A stretch of 64,000 nt of DNA from an uncultured Gammaproteobacteria bacterium (GTDB lineage Bacteria; Patescibacteriota; Microgenomatia; CAZETR01; Amesbacteraceae), in assembly GCA_964502885.1 (NCBI GenBank), contig CAZCXU010000001.1, positions 17,994-81,993 on the forward strand, read 5' to 3'. Of this stretch, positions 50,180 through 58,583 are shown in pieces. A model generated the notes under the pieces. It saw only the letters and a list, made by a program, of their open reading frames with translations, had not been told where the DNA came from and did not search any database. Each line of letters starts with the position of its first letter. The first letter of the stretch is position 1. The position numbers and the translations under genes were made by a program.

Positions 50180-51231
50180 GGTTTCCCCAAACTGGTGCTC
50201 ACGAAGTTAAAAATTTCAGTGAATTTTGAGTCTTTTGGAATGAGCACCCACTGATTCTGATATTTTGCCGAAAGAGGAGGATTGATCAAAAGCCCAGAAT
50301 CAATTAGCGAAATCTGACGAACGGGAGCACTTCGAAGTTTCATGGCCGCCTGAAAAAGTGTGGAATAGTAAGGGCTCTCAATGTCAGAGGAAACACTATC
50401 GGCAGCAAGAGCCACTAAACTTTTGTATATGGAGGTATTTTTGAGATTATTAAGCGACAGCAGTTTGTCGGCAAAACCCCTAAGAACTTTGGTCTGACGC
50501 TTTGAACGGGCAAAGTCGGTCCCCTCTTCCACGTCCTCTGAATGCCGGGAGCGAACAAACTTAAGAGCCATCTCTCCATCCAGATGGGCGTCCCCAGCCT
50601 CAAAGGTGATACTTTCATAACGACAGGAGTATTTAATATCACCCCCACAAGTGTCGTTTTCTCTACCAGGGATAGGATACAGATTGTCAGTAAAAGTCTT
50701 ATCTATGGTTATATCTACGCCGCCAATAATATCTATGGCTTTAGAAAACGTGGAGAAGTCTATGTTGAGAGCGAAATGAACCGGTTGATTTATTACCTCA
50801 GTGACTGCAGCTTTTGCCATAAGGAGTCCTCCAGCAGTTGCTGCCTTTTCATATCCAAAGAAATAGGCATGATTTATCTTTGCTTTAAGTGAGTTTACCC
50901 AGAGGTCGCGAGGAATTGGAATAAGAGCTATATCTGGGGAATTTTGATTTACAGAAATAAAAATCATAGTGTCCGAGAGATTTGATCCGTCATGGCCTTC
51001 GCCACCAGAACCAAGAATCAAGAAATTAGTACGACCACCCGACTGAGGAAGTGGGCGACCGGTTACCATTTCCCAAGTCAAATGTCGACCTGAGGTACGC
51101 TCAAAAAGAAAGTAACCACCGATTAGAACCGAGGCGGTAAGTCCTAATATGAGGATCCTTGCCAGCCAAACATGGGACAGCAATTGGCGTTTGAACCGAT
51201 TGTAAAAAGAACCAATTCTGCTAATCTGCAT
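50176..51231 (-). CDS. LytR-CpsA-Psr (LCP) family glycopolymer-to-peptidoglycan ligase
   Basis: Start at ATG 51231 (MQISRIG...); the ORF-track TTG at 51273 is less likely. N-terminal TM segment. LCP core TNFLILGSGGEGHDGSNLSDTMIFISV...IPRDLWV. Confidence 0.8.
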   Translation of the reverse strand: MQISRIGSFYNRFKRQLLSHVWLARILILGLTASVLIGGYFLFERTSGRHLTWEMVTGRPLPQSGGRTNFLILGSGGEGHDGSNLSDTMIFISVNQNSPDIALIPIPRDLWVNSLKAKINHAYFFGYEKAATAGGLLMAKAAVTEVINQPVHFALNIDFSTFSKAIDIIGGVDITIDKTFTDNLYPIPGRENDTCGGDIKYSCRYESITFEAGDAHLDGEMALKFVRSRHSEDVEEGTDFARSKRQTKVLRGFADKLLSLNNLKNTSIYKSLVALAADSVSSDIESPYYSTLFQAAMKLRSAPVRQISLIDSGLLINPPLSAKYQNQWVLIPKDSKFTEIFNFVSTSLGKP

Positions 51232-51250
51232 ATATGTATTTTTAAGGAGT

Positions 51251-53113
51251 ATGGAGATTTTAACCGAACTCAATCCAGTTCAACAAGAAGCGGTAAGTTT
51301 TGATACCAATACCCCGCTGGCGATTTTGGCCGGAGCGGGCAGCGGAAAAACTAGAATCCTTACACATCGAGTGGCATATTTTGTTAAGGAACTGGGGATA
51401 GACAGACAAAACATATTGCTACTGACTTTTACAAACAAAGCTGCAGGAGAAATGTTGTACCGGGTTTCGAAACTGACCGGGGATGCTGCCAGATCGGGCA
51501 TAGCGGGGGGGACTTTTCATAGCTTTGGCGTTAAAGTGCTGAGAGAGTTTGGTGGAGTTGCGGGAATTCGGGCAAATTTTTCTATATTCGATGAGTCTGA
51601 CCAGTTGGATACTATTAAAAGAGCGATGGAGTCTGGTGGAGTTGACCCTAAAACAGTCAAGCCATCAAGTGTGGCTGGGGCTATTTCGGAAGCAAAGAAT
51701 AACCTTATCTCACCCAATGACTATGCTTCTTTTGCGAGAGGGAGTTTTTCACAAGGAGTGGCAAAAGTATATCTTGTTTACGAACAAATGCTTCGCAGAT
51801 ACAATGCATTTGATTTTGATGATTTACTTGTCCGATCCGTACAACTCATCAAAACCTATCCACAAGTGAAACAGGCATTGCAGGAAAGATACACACATAT
51901 ATTGATTGATGAGTACCAAGATACGAATAAGGCCCAATATGAACTTACAAAGATGCTCGCCGAACCGGGGCACCTAACCGTAGTGGGAGATGCGTCACAA
52001 GCCATTTATTCATGGAGGGGAGCAGATTACAAAAATTTGCTGTATCTCAAACAGGATTTTCCGAACTTAAAAGTTATCCGACTGGAGCAAAATTATCGCT
52101 CTACACAAAACCTACTTGACGCGGCAAATGCCGTCATAGCGAAAAATACCTCTCATCCCATACTGGAATTGTGGACGGAAAATCCGACTGGGGAAAAAAT
52201 TAAAATAACTGAATACCCTTCTGAATACGAAGAAGCACGAGCCATAGCCGACGAAATCAATGTCCTTTCCCAGATGAAAAAGACTTCACTGCAGGATGTG
52301 GCGGTTTTGTATAGAACAAATGCGCAATCTCGGGTATTAGAGGAGGCACTGCTCCAAGCAGGCATTCCATATCACCTGGTGGGGGGTGTGAGATTTTATG
52401 AGAGAAAAGAAATAAAAGACGTATTGGCTTATGCAAAAATATTGGTAAACCCAAGCGATGAAGTATCCAGAAAACGAGCTGGGAAACTGGGCAAAGCTCG
52501 GTTGGCACGGCTAGAAGAGAAGAAAATTGATGTCACGCGATTTACCACTCTGGAAGTTTTATCTCAAATATTTAAGTTGACCGGGTATCTGGAAACATAT
52601 GACAGCAACAGCGAGGAGGACGCGGTGAGACTTGAAAATATTGACGAGCTTAAGAGCGTAGCTTTGCTGTATCCCAAGATCGATGAGTTCCTGCAGCAAA
52701 TTACTTTGACAGAAAAGGAGGCTAAGAAAAAAATGGGCAGATCAAGGAATGAAATGGGGGCTGTCACCATGATGACTTTACATGCTTCTAAGGGGCTTGA
52801 ATTTGATGTGGTTTTTCTGGTGGGAATGGAGGAAGGATTGTTTCCTCACAGCAGAGCATTAAACGACCCGGAACAGATGGAGGAAGAGAGAAGATTGTGT
52901 TATGTAGGGATGACCAGAACACGCAAAAAACTTTATATCACCTATGCCAGAAACAGGCTTATTTTTGGACAAAGATCGCCGGGGATCGTGTCCAGATTTG
53001 TGGCAGATATTCCAGAAAAAGTAATTGATAATTTCCAGGTACTTCTTACGGCAAAAAAAGTTGATCAAAGCTGGGGATTTGATGAAAACGGAGAGTGGCG
53101 GTGGCAACCTTGA
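51251..53113 (+). CDS. UvrD/PcrA-family DNA helicase, compact
   Basis: 620 aa. LNPVQQEAVS...LAGAGSGKTRIL (motif I), DEYQDTN (II), and the remaining helicase motifs, ending in the 2B/C-terminal region. Confidence 0.9.
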   Translation: MEILTELNPVQQEAVSFDTNTPLAILAGAGSGKTRILTHRVAYFVKELGIDRQNILLLTFTNKAAGEMLYRVSKLTGDAARSGIAGGTFHSFGVKVLREFGGVAGIRANFSIFDESDQLDTIKRAMESGGVDPKTVKPSSVAGAISEAKNNLISPNDYASFARGSFSQGVAKVYLVYEQMLRRYNAFDFDDLLVRSVQLIKTYPQVKQALQERYTHILIDEYQDTNKAQYELTKMLAEPGHLTVVGDASQAIYSWRGADYKNLLYLKQDFPNLKVIRLEQNYRSTQNLLDAANAVIAKNTSHPILELWTENPTGEKIKITEYPSEYEEARAIADEINVLSQMKKTSLQDVAVLYRTNAQSRVLEEALLQAGIPYHLVGGVRFYERKEIKDVLAYAKILVNPSDEVSRKRAGKLGKARLARLEEKKIDVTRFTTLEVLSQIFKLTGYLETYDSNSEEDAVRLENIDELKSVALLYPKIDEFLQQITLTEKEAKKKMGRSRNEMGAVTMMTLHASKGLEFDVVFLVGMEEGLFPHSRALNDPEQMEEERRLCYVGMTRTRKKLYITYARNRLIFGQRSPGIVSRFVADIPEKVIDNFQVLLTAKKVDQSWGFDENGEWRWQP

Positions 53114-53136
53114 GTTGTGTGGTCCCGACAAAACTT

Positions 53137-53260
53137 AATGACTATATATCTTGCACAAAATCTGACATTTAGTTTTGTGCTCGCTATAAAGTCATGACGA
53201 GACAGAAAATGACTATATATCTTGCACAAAATCTGACATTTAGTTTTGTGCTCGCTATAA
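53137..53260 (+). repeat. Perfect 53-bp direct repeat of 2 copies with a 71-bp period. Each copy contains an 8-bp inverted repeat and a promoter-like module.
   Basis: Copy 1 at 53137-53189 and copy 2 at 53208-53260 are both AATGACTATATATCTTGCACAAAATCTGACATTTAGTTTTGTGCTCGCTATAA. Inside each, GCACAAAA-N12-TTTTGTGC. Confidence 0.85.
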
Positions 53261-53261
53261 T
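53233..53261 (+). promoter_or_regulatory. Promoter for the FemAB-like pair (cTGACA-N17-TATAAT), 6 nt upstream of ATG 53268. A duplicate lies 71 bp upstream with TATAAA.
   Basis: CTGACA at 53233-38, a 17-nt spacer, and TATAAT at 53256-61. The -35 lies in the loop of the GCACAAAA/TTTTGTGC inverted repeat, which suggests an operator. The upstream copy is at 53162-53190. Confidence 0.5.
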
Positions 53262-53267
53262 TCAGGA

Positions 53268-54248
53268 ATGGAGAGCTGGGTTGAGGCAGATTTTGACCAT
53301 AAGAATGAGTGGAATGCACTAGCAGGACATCCGTTACAGTCCTGGGAATGGGGAGAGTTTAGAGGAAAAAGACAAAAAGTTAGTCGGCTGGCTCTATCAG
53401 ATGGAGGTAACTACAAAAGAGTTATCAATGTGATCTGGACCCGGCTGGGAAGGCTGCCATGGCAAATCGGATATGCACCCATGATAAAGCTGCCAAATAA
53501 ACAAGATCTATCTGGTCTTATCGCTGCCGCAAAAGCCAACCGAGCAATATTTGTGAGAATCGAACCTCTTCCGGGCCAGAATGGACTGGAGCTACAAGAA
53601 TTTGAACAGATAAAGGGAGAGCTAAAAACCGGCAGATCATTGTTTAAAAAGAAAACTCGGGTTGTAAACCTAACTTTAAATGAAGAGGATCTACTTAAAC
53701 AAATGCATCCTAAAGGCAGATACAATATTCGGGTAGGATTAAAGCACGGGGTGAAAGTCAGTCAGGAAACAGATTTGGACAGTTTCAATAAGTATTTGCA
53801 GTTAATGTTTTCCGGAACTGCAAAACGGCAAAAAATTTTTATGCATAATTATACGTACCATCAGCAGATGTGGGATAGTTTGAGCGGATCAGGGATAGCC
53901 AAACTATTTCTTGCAAGAGTCGGCAAGGACGCGGTGGCGGCGGCAATTCTATATTGCTTTAAAGAAACCGCTTATTATGCTTATGGGGCGTCTGAGCTTG
54001 AACATAAAGAGGCAATGGCACCTACCGGGTTGTTGTGGGAAATGATTAGGTGGGCCAAGAGCAAAGGATTCAAATATTTTGATATGTGGGGAAGCGAAAG
54101 CGGAAAAGGTTTCTCCAGATTTAAGGAGCAATTTGGAGGCAATGAGATAGAGTTGCCTGGAAGTTTTGATTTACCAACCAGCCCGCTATATCGATTATTT
54201 AGAATTGCAGAAGAACTCAGGTGGAAAATAATTCACAACTGGAAGTAG
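53268..54248 (+). CDS. FemAB-family peptidoglycan interpeptide-bridge aminoacyltransferase (FemX-like)
   Basis: 326 aa. N-terminal Q-S-W-E-W-G-E-F pattern. LFLARVGKDAVAAAILYCFKETAYYAYGAS...GLLWEMIRWAKSKGFKYFDMWG is the FemAB GNAT-like acceptor region. Confidence 0.7.
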   Translation: MESWVEADFDHKNEWNALAGHPLQSWEWGEFRGKRQKVSRLALSDGGNYKRVINVIWTRLGRLPWQIGYAPMIKLPNKQDLSGLIAAAKANRAIFVRIEPLPGQNGLELQEFEQIKGELKTGRSLFKKKTRVVNLTLNEEDLLKQMHPKGRYNIRVGLKHGVKVSQETDLDSFNKYLQLMFSGTAKRQKIFMHNYTYHQQMWDSLSGSGIAKLFLARVGKDAVAAAILYCFKETAYYAYGASELEHKEAMAPTGLLWEMIRWAKSKGFKYFDMWGSESGKGFSRFKEQFGGNEIELPGSFDLPTSPLYRLFRIAEELRWKIIHNWK

Positions 54249-55069
54249 TCGAAGACTTAAGACAAACAAAAGAATACGGAGAATATATGGAGTCTTTGGG
54301 GTGGAAAGTCGCTGAATTAGGCAGGTGTGGCAAAATATTTCTTCGGCCATTGGGGCCCTTAAAACTCGCTAAGTTTCAGAGGTTTACAAAAATTCCGGAG
54401 ATTAACCTTTTGGATGAGCTAATGAATAAAGAGCGGGTGGTCATGTGCAAGTTAGAGCCAAGTGAAAAAATACAAGAAACCGAGTTGAACAGTTTTACTG
54501 CGGCTGGATTTAAAAAAGACAAATGGCCACTGCTTGCCAGCAAGACTTTAAGAGTTGACCTACGACCCGCGACTGAGGTTATTTTTTCAAAATTTAAAAA
54601 GGATGCCAGGTACTGCATACGTAAGGTGCAGGAGGATAGGTACAAGATAAGTGACGATGACACTGAGCTGTTTTATTTTATATGGAAAAAAAGTTCGAAA
54701 CGAAAAAATCTATGGATCCCAAGTAAAAACGAATATGATAATTTTGTCAGAGTGTGGGGGAAAAAAGTTCTTTGTATAACGATAGGCGAAATGGCGGGGG
54801 TGGTAATTATTGTCCACAAACAGACGGCTTTTTATTACTATGCGGGGGCAACAAAAGAAGGAACGGACAAGAACCTCCCCTATTTAGCGGTGTGGTCTGG
54901 AATGCAAGAAGCCAAGAAACGAGGCGCAAAGACGTGGGATTTTGAGGGCATCTTTGATACCCGATGGCCGAACAAGAGATGGCTGGGTTTTTCTCATTTC
55001 AAGAAAAGTTTCGGGGGGCAGGATGTGGAATATCCCGGTTCATTTGAAAAATGGCGATGGCCATTTTAG
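54221..55069 (+). CDS. Second, shorter FemAB-family paralog
   Basis: 282 aa. YGEYMESLGWKVAELG N-terminal pattern. VVIIVHKQTAFYYYAGATKE...LAVWSGMQEAKKRGAKTWDFEGI. Overlaps the upstream paralog by 28 nt. An alternative start is ATG 54287. Confidence 0.6.
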   Translation: MENNSQLEVVEDLRQTKEYGEYMESLGWKVAELGRCGKIFLRPLGPLKLAKFQRFTKIPEINLLDELMNKERVVMCKLEPSEKIQETELNSFTAAGFKKDKWPLLASKTLRVDLRPATEVIFSKFKKDARYCIRKVQEDRYKISDDDTELFYFIWKKSSKRKNLWIPSKNEYDNFVRVWGKKVLCITIGEMAGVVIIVHKQTAFYYYAGATKEGTDKNLPYLAVWSGMQEAKKRGAKTWDFEGIFDTRWPNKRWLGFSHFKKSFGGQDVEYPGSFEKWRWPF

Positions 55070-55070
55070 G

Positions 55071-57974
55071 CTATGGTTCAGAAATTGAGAGGTCGCACAG
55101 ATAGTGATAGTCGCATCCTGACTGACATATTTGAGACTGTGAGCATGTGAAATCTGATCTAGATATCTCTTCTGCCTTTGCCAAGATTTCAGCTTTGGCT
55201 CTTTCGAGTTGATCAGCTGTCAGAACAACACTAACTTTTTCCTGGGTATCGAGATAGTAAAGTGAAAGCTTTATTTTATCGATCGACTTTCCATACGGAT
55301 GGCAGGTAAGACCGGTGGCCGCCAGTGCGTAAAATGATAACTGCAAATTCGATTGTGCCTCCTTTGGGGTTAGGTGTTTTGAGCTGGTTTTATAATCAAT
55401 AATCTCCAGGGAACCATCTGGGAGTATATCGACCCGGTCAATTTTTCCACCTACAGTTATCATGCCCAGCGGCAACTTAAAATTGTCTTCAAGTCTCAGA
55501 ACCTGGGAGATAGGAGGGGTGTTTTCCAAGAATTCAGTTAAATACTGCTTGCCCTTGGCAAAATATAGATTAGCATGGGCCGCATTCTCATAACCGACTT
55601 TTATCCAGTTTTTGGCGTAGAGCTCAAAGATGTTTGGATTTAGGGAAGACTTTAGATCAGTGAAATATTCATTCAATGTCTTATGTATGGTATTGCCAAA
55701 GCTTGAGGCAGCAGAAGGAGGAGAGGAAATTTTTAATATATATTTAGCTTTATAGTGGAGAGGGCAAGTATCAAATGTCTGGATCTGCGAATAACTTAAG
55801 TAGGCCACCTTGTGCAGTGGTGTTGTCGAATGTATTTTGGACACTTCTTTGGGCGCAAAATGCCAATCAAGAAGCGGAAGTTGAGTTGACGGCTGAGCCG
55901 CCGACAAAGCTGTTTCAAGCGAGCCGTACATCTCAGAAATAAATTGGGAAATTTTCCTAGTTCTTTTACCCAGTCCATATATATCAGAACTGGTGGTAAA
56001 AAGTCGTTCTTTGGCGCGGGTGATAGCGACATAAAAAAGCCGACGTTCTTCGTATAGATGCTGATCAACAGTCGGCAGGCTTTCCTTAATAAGATTCTCG
56101 GGAATAGGAAACGAATCTTTCCTGTCTTGTGACGGGAAACGTCCGGAAATCAGATTTACCACAAACACAACCGGAAACTCCAACCCCTTGGAAGCGTGAA
56201 CTGTTAGAATATTTACTACATCCGCAGTCCCCCATTCTTCATGCGAAGAGGCAGTAGTATCTGATATTAACTGTGAATTTTCTACCCATACCAAGGTATC
56301 GGCAACCGTAACAATGCCCAACTCTTCAAGGTTTTTCAGCTGGTTGAAAAAGTTGAATATATTTATTGCTTTGTCAGCATCGGAACTGGTACCAGCGTTT
56401 AATAATGATTCCAATCTACCAAAATGCCTAAGATATTCGTAAAGAAGCTGTCCGGAAGACTGGGAAAGTGATTCGCGGGTCTGTTTATCTATGAGCGCCA
56501 ATAGTGCCGAAATACTCTTTTCCGATGCCGGTGAGAGCTTGTCTGCCTGGCCATCCAGAGATCGGCAATATTCAATAAGAGACTGCTGCTGAGCAGCAGC
56601 CAAATTTGTGAGAGCATACAGTTCCTTTGGCTGAAGTCCCACTTCAGATGAGGAGAGAAGACGAAAGAATGCTTGGTTATCATGCGGGCTTTGAATTATC
56701 TGTAGGTATGCGATCAGATCTTTTACTTCTGGTGTCTCCAACAACCGAGATTGGCCAAGAAACTGAAACGGTATGTTGAAACGTTTGAATGCGTCGGTAA
56801 AAAGGTGGGCGTGTGAATTCGCCCTGACTAGCACAGCAAAATCCTTATATGAATAATGCCCAGGTTCATCTTCCATCAGCTCCTTAATCTTTTGGACCAC
56901 TGCAAATGCTTCGTCTGCGCCCCGGGAAAAGTGCATATGTTGCGGCGCGATAGTACGCCCACGATTGACAGCGATCAGGTGTTTGTCGATATTGGCCTGA
57001 GATTCGAGACGGTAGGGATTATTGAACTGGATCAGACGATAAGCCGCGTCGAGGATGGGCTGAGAAGAACGGTAATTTTTTGTAAGAACAATTACCTTTG
57101 CGGCAGGATACTGTGACTGGAAACTTAGGATGTTTGTTAGAGATGCTCCCCGCCAGCGGTAAATAGCCTGATCATCATCAGCCACGACAGTAAGATTTGG
57201 CGAGGAGCCGGCTAACAAACCAACTAGATGATTTTGAGCGAAATTTGTGTCCTGGAATTCATCAACCAAGATGTATTTATATTTATGTTGATACTTTTTA
57301 AGAATATTTGGGCGTTTTTGGAATAAAACCAAACTGTAATAAATTAGGTCGGAAAAGGTAAACAGGCCCTTTGACTGCTTAAGTTTTTGAAAGAAATCAT
57401 AAGATCTGGATAGTTCCTGATATCTTAGCTTTTCCAGCTCAACATCCTGACCCACGGGAGATATGGAGAACTGATTGTTAACCCATTGGATATATTCGCC
57501 AGGAGAAATATTCTCATCCTGAAGCCGATCGATGTGGGAAAGCAGGTCGGTAACAAATTTGTATGGATTACCCAGGGGACGGAAATAATCAAGCTCCAAC
57601 TCAAAAAAATGTTTGGTGAGCAAAGCCGCTGATTCAGAAGTGGTCATAAGAGTGTAGTTTGGATCCAGACCAATCTCGACCAACTCAGACCGAAGAATGC
57701 GATCACAAAAAGAGTGGAATGTAGTGGCCTGAGGAAGAGATGAGGTGAGCGGGAAAGCTGTCTCAAGTCGAGATTGCATTTCAGCGGCGGCCTTATCGGT
57801 GAATGTTAAGGCGAGAATCTCCTCTGAGCGAGCAAGCCCCGACTCAACCAAAAACTTTATTCTCTCGATAATTACCGTGGTTTTGCCGGTACCCGCCCCG
57901 GCGACAATCAGCAGCGGACCAGAGCCAAAACTGACCGCTTCCAACTGACGTTCATTTAATTGTGATTGAGGCAT
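55071..57974 (-). CDS. UvrD-family helicase with a fused C-terminal PD-(D/E)XK, Cas4/AddB-like nuclease carrying four Cys
   Basis: 967 aa. The N-terminus LNERQLEAVSFGSGPLLIVAGAGTGKTT and DEFQDTN identify the helicase. The C-terminus carries C-x-C...C-x5-C (CPLHYKAKY...CSQSQICQSGCDYHYLC), typical of Fe-S RecB-family nucleases. Confidence 0.8.
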   Translation of the reverse strand: MPQSQLNERQLEAVSFGSGPLLIVAGAGTGKTTVIIERIKFLVESGLARSEEILALTFTDKAAAEMQSRLETAFPLTSSLPQATTFHSFCDRILRSELVEIGLDPNYTLMTTSESAALLTKHFFELELDYFRPLGNPYKFVTDLLSHIDRLQDENISPGEYIQWVNNQFSISPVGQDVELEKLRYQELSRSYDFFQKLKQSKGLFTFSDLIYYSLVLFQKRPNILKKYQHKYKYILVDEFQDTNFAQNHLVGLLAGSSPNLTVVADDDQAIYRWRGASLTNILSFQSQYPAAKVIVLTKNYRSSQPILDAAYRLIQFNNPYRLESQANIDKHLIAVNRGRTIAPQHMHFSRGADEAFAVVQKIKELMEDEPGHYSYKDFAVLVRANSHAHLFTDAFKRFNIPFQFLGQSRLLETPEVKDLIAYLQIIQSPHDNQAFFRLLSSSEVGLQPKELYALTNLAAAQQQSLIEYCRSLDGQADKLSPASEKSISALLALIDKQTRESLSQSSGQLLYEYLRHFGRLESLLNAGTSSDADKAINIFNFFNQLKNLEELGIVTVADTLVWVENSQLISDTTASSHEEWGTADVVNILTVHASKGLEFPVVFVVNLISGRFPSQDRKDSFPIPENLIKESLPTVDQHLYEERRLFYVAITRAKERLFTTSSDIYGLGKRTRKISQFISEMYGSLETALSAAQPSTQLPLLDWHFAPKEVSKIHSTTPLHKVAYLSYSQIQTFDTCPLHYKAKYILKISSPPSAASSFGNTIHKTLNEYFTDLKSSLNPNIFELYAKNWIKVGYENAAHANLYFAKGKQYLTEFLENTPPISQVLRLEDNFKLPLGMITVGGKIDRVDILPDGSLEIIDYKTSSKHLTPKEAQSNLQLSFYALAATGLTCHPYGKSIDKIKLSLYYLDTQEKVSVVLTADQLERAKAEILAKAEEISRSDFTCSQSQICQSGCDYHYLCDLSISEP

Positions 57975-57998
57975 ATTTGATGATGATATTATTCCAGC

Positions 57999-58583
57999 AT
58001 GATTATATGCGGATTAGACGAAGTAGGAAGAGGGCCACTGGCGGGGCCTCTAGTGGCAGCTGGTGTAATTTTAGGAAGAAAAGTCGTCGGTCTCAATGAT
58101 AGTAAAAAACTTAACCCCAACCAGAGAAGAATACTGTACGAAGAAATTATTAACACATGTAAAGTTTACGCCGTTGAAGTTTTTTCCGTAGAAGAAATCG
58201 ACCGGGTAGGAATAGGGCAAGCTAACAAGACGATATTTGAAATGCTTATTAAAAAAATAGCGGCTGACAAATATATAGTCGACGGAAACTTAAGAATAAC
58301 GGGAGACACAAGAAACCGTCCAAATATTGAATCCGTCATCAAGGCAGATGCAAAGTTTCCGGAGGTAATGGCGGCTTCGATAGTAGCTAAAGTCACCCGA
58401 GACGGGATAATGCGCAATCTACATAAAGAGTATCCAGAATACGGATGGGAAACAAATGTAGGCTACGGAACAAAAAAACATATCAGCGCAATAATTTCAT
58501 TCGGAACAACCCCCCACCACCGAATCAAATTTGTTCAGACTGCGGTGACAAACCGCCTGACGACTTTGACGAGTCATCTTTAA
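57999..58583 (+). CDS. rnhB: Ribonuclease HII
   Basis: 194 aa. MIICGLDEVGRGPLAGPLVAAGVIL carries the DEVGRG catalytic motif. Confidence 0.9.
   Translation: MIICGLDEVGRGPLAGPLVAAGVILGRKVVGLNDSKKLNPNQRRILYEEIINTCKVYAVEVFSVEEIDRVGIGQANKTIFEMLIKKIAADKYIVDGNLRITGDTRNRPNIESVIKADAKFPEVMAASIVAKVTRDGIMRNLHKEYPEYGWETNVGYGTKKHISAIISFGTTPHHRIKFVQTAVTNRLTTLTSHL

Noticed and set aside
53137-53260. Possible CRISPR array, because of the direct repeats with a spacer
   Set aside because: There are only two repeat copies, separated by an 18-bp spacer that is itself similar to the flank. No cas genes are present. The repeat carries -35/-10 boxes positioned on a downstream ATG, so it is a duplicated promoter rather than CRISPR.
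54221-54287. Treating the second FemAB ORF as a frameshifted C-terminal continuation of the first
   Set aside because: Both ORFs independently contain an N-terminal Fem-like segment and a C-terminal Y-x-Y-A-G-A/S acceptor region. The first ends with a proper stop after a complete domain. Two paralogs is the better reading.
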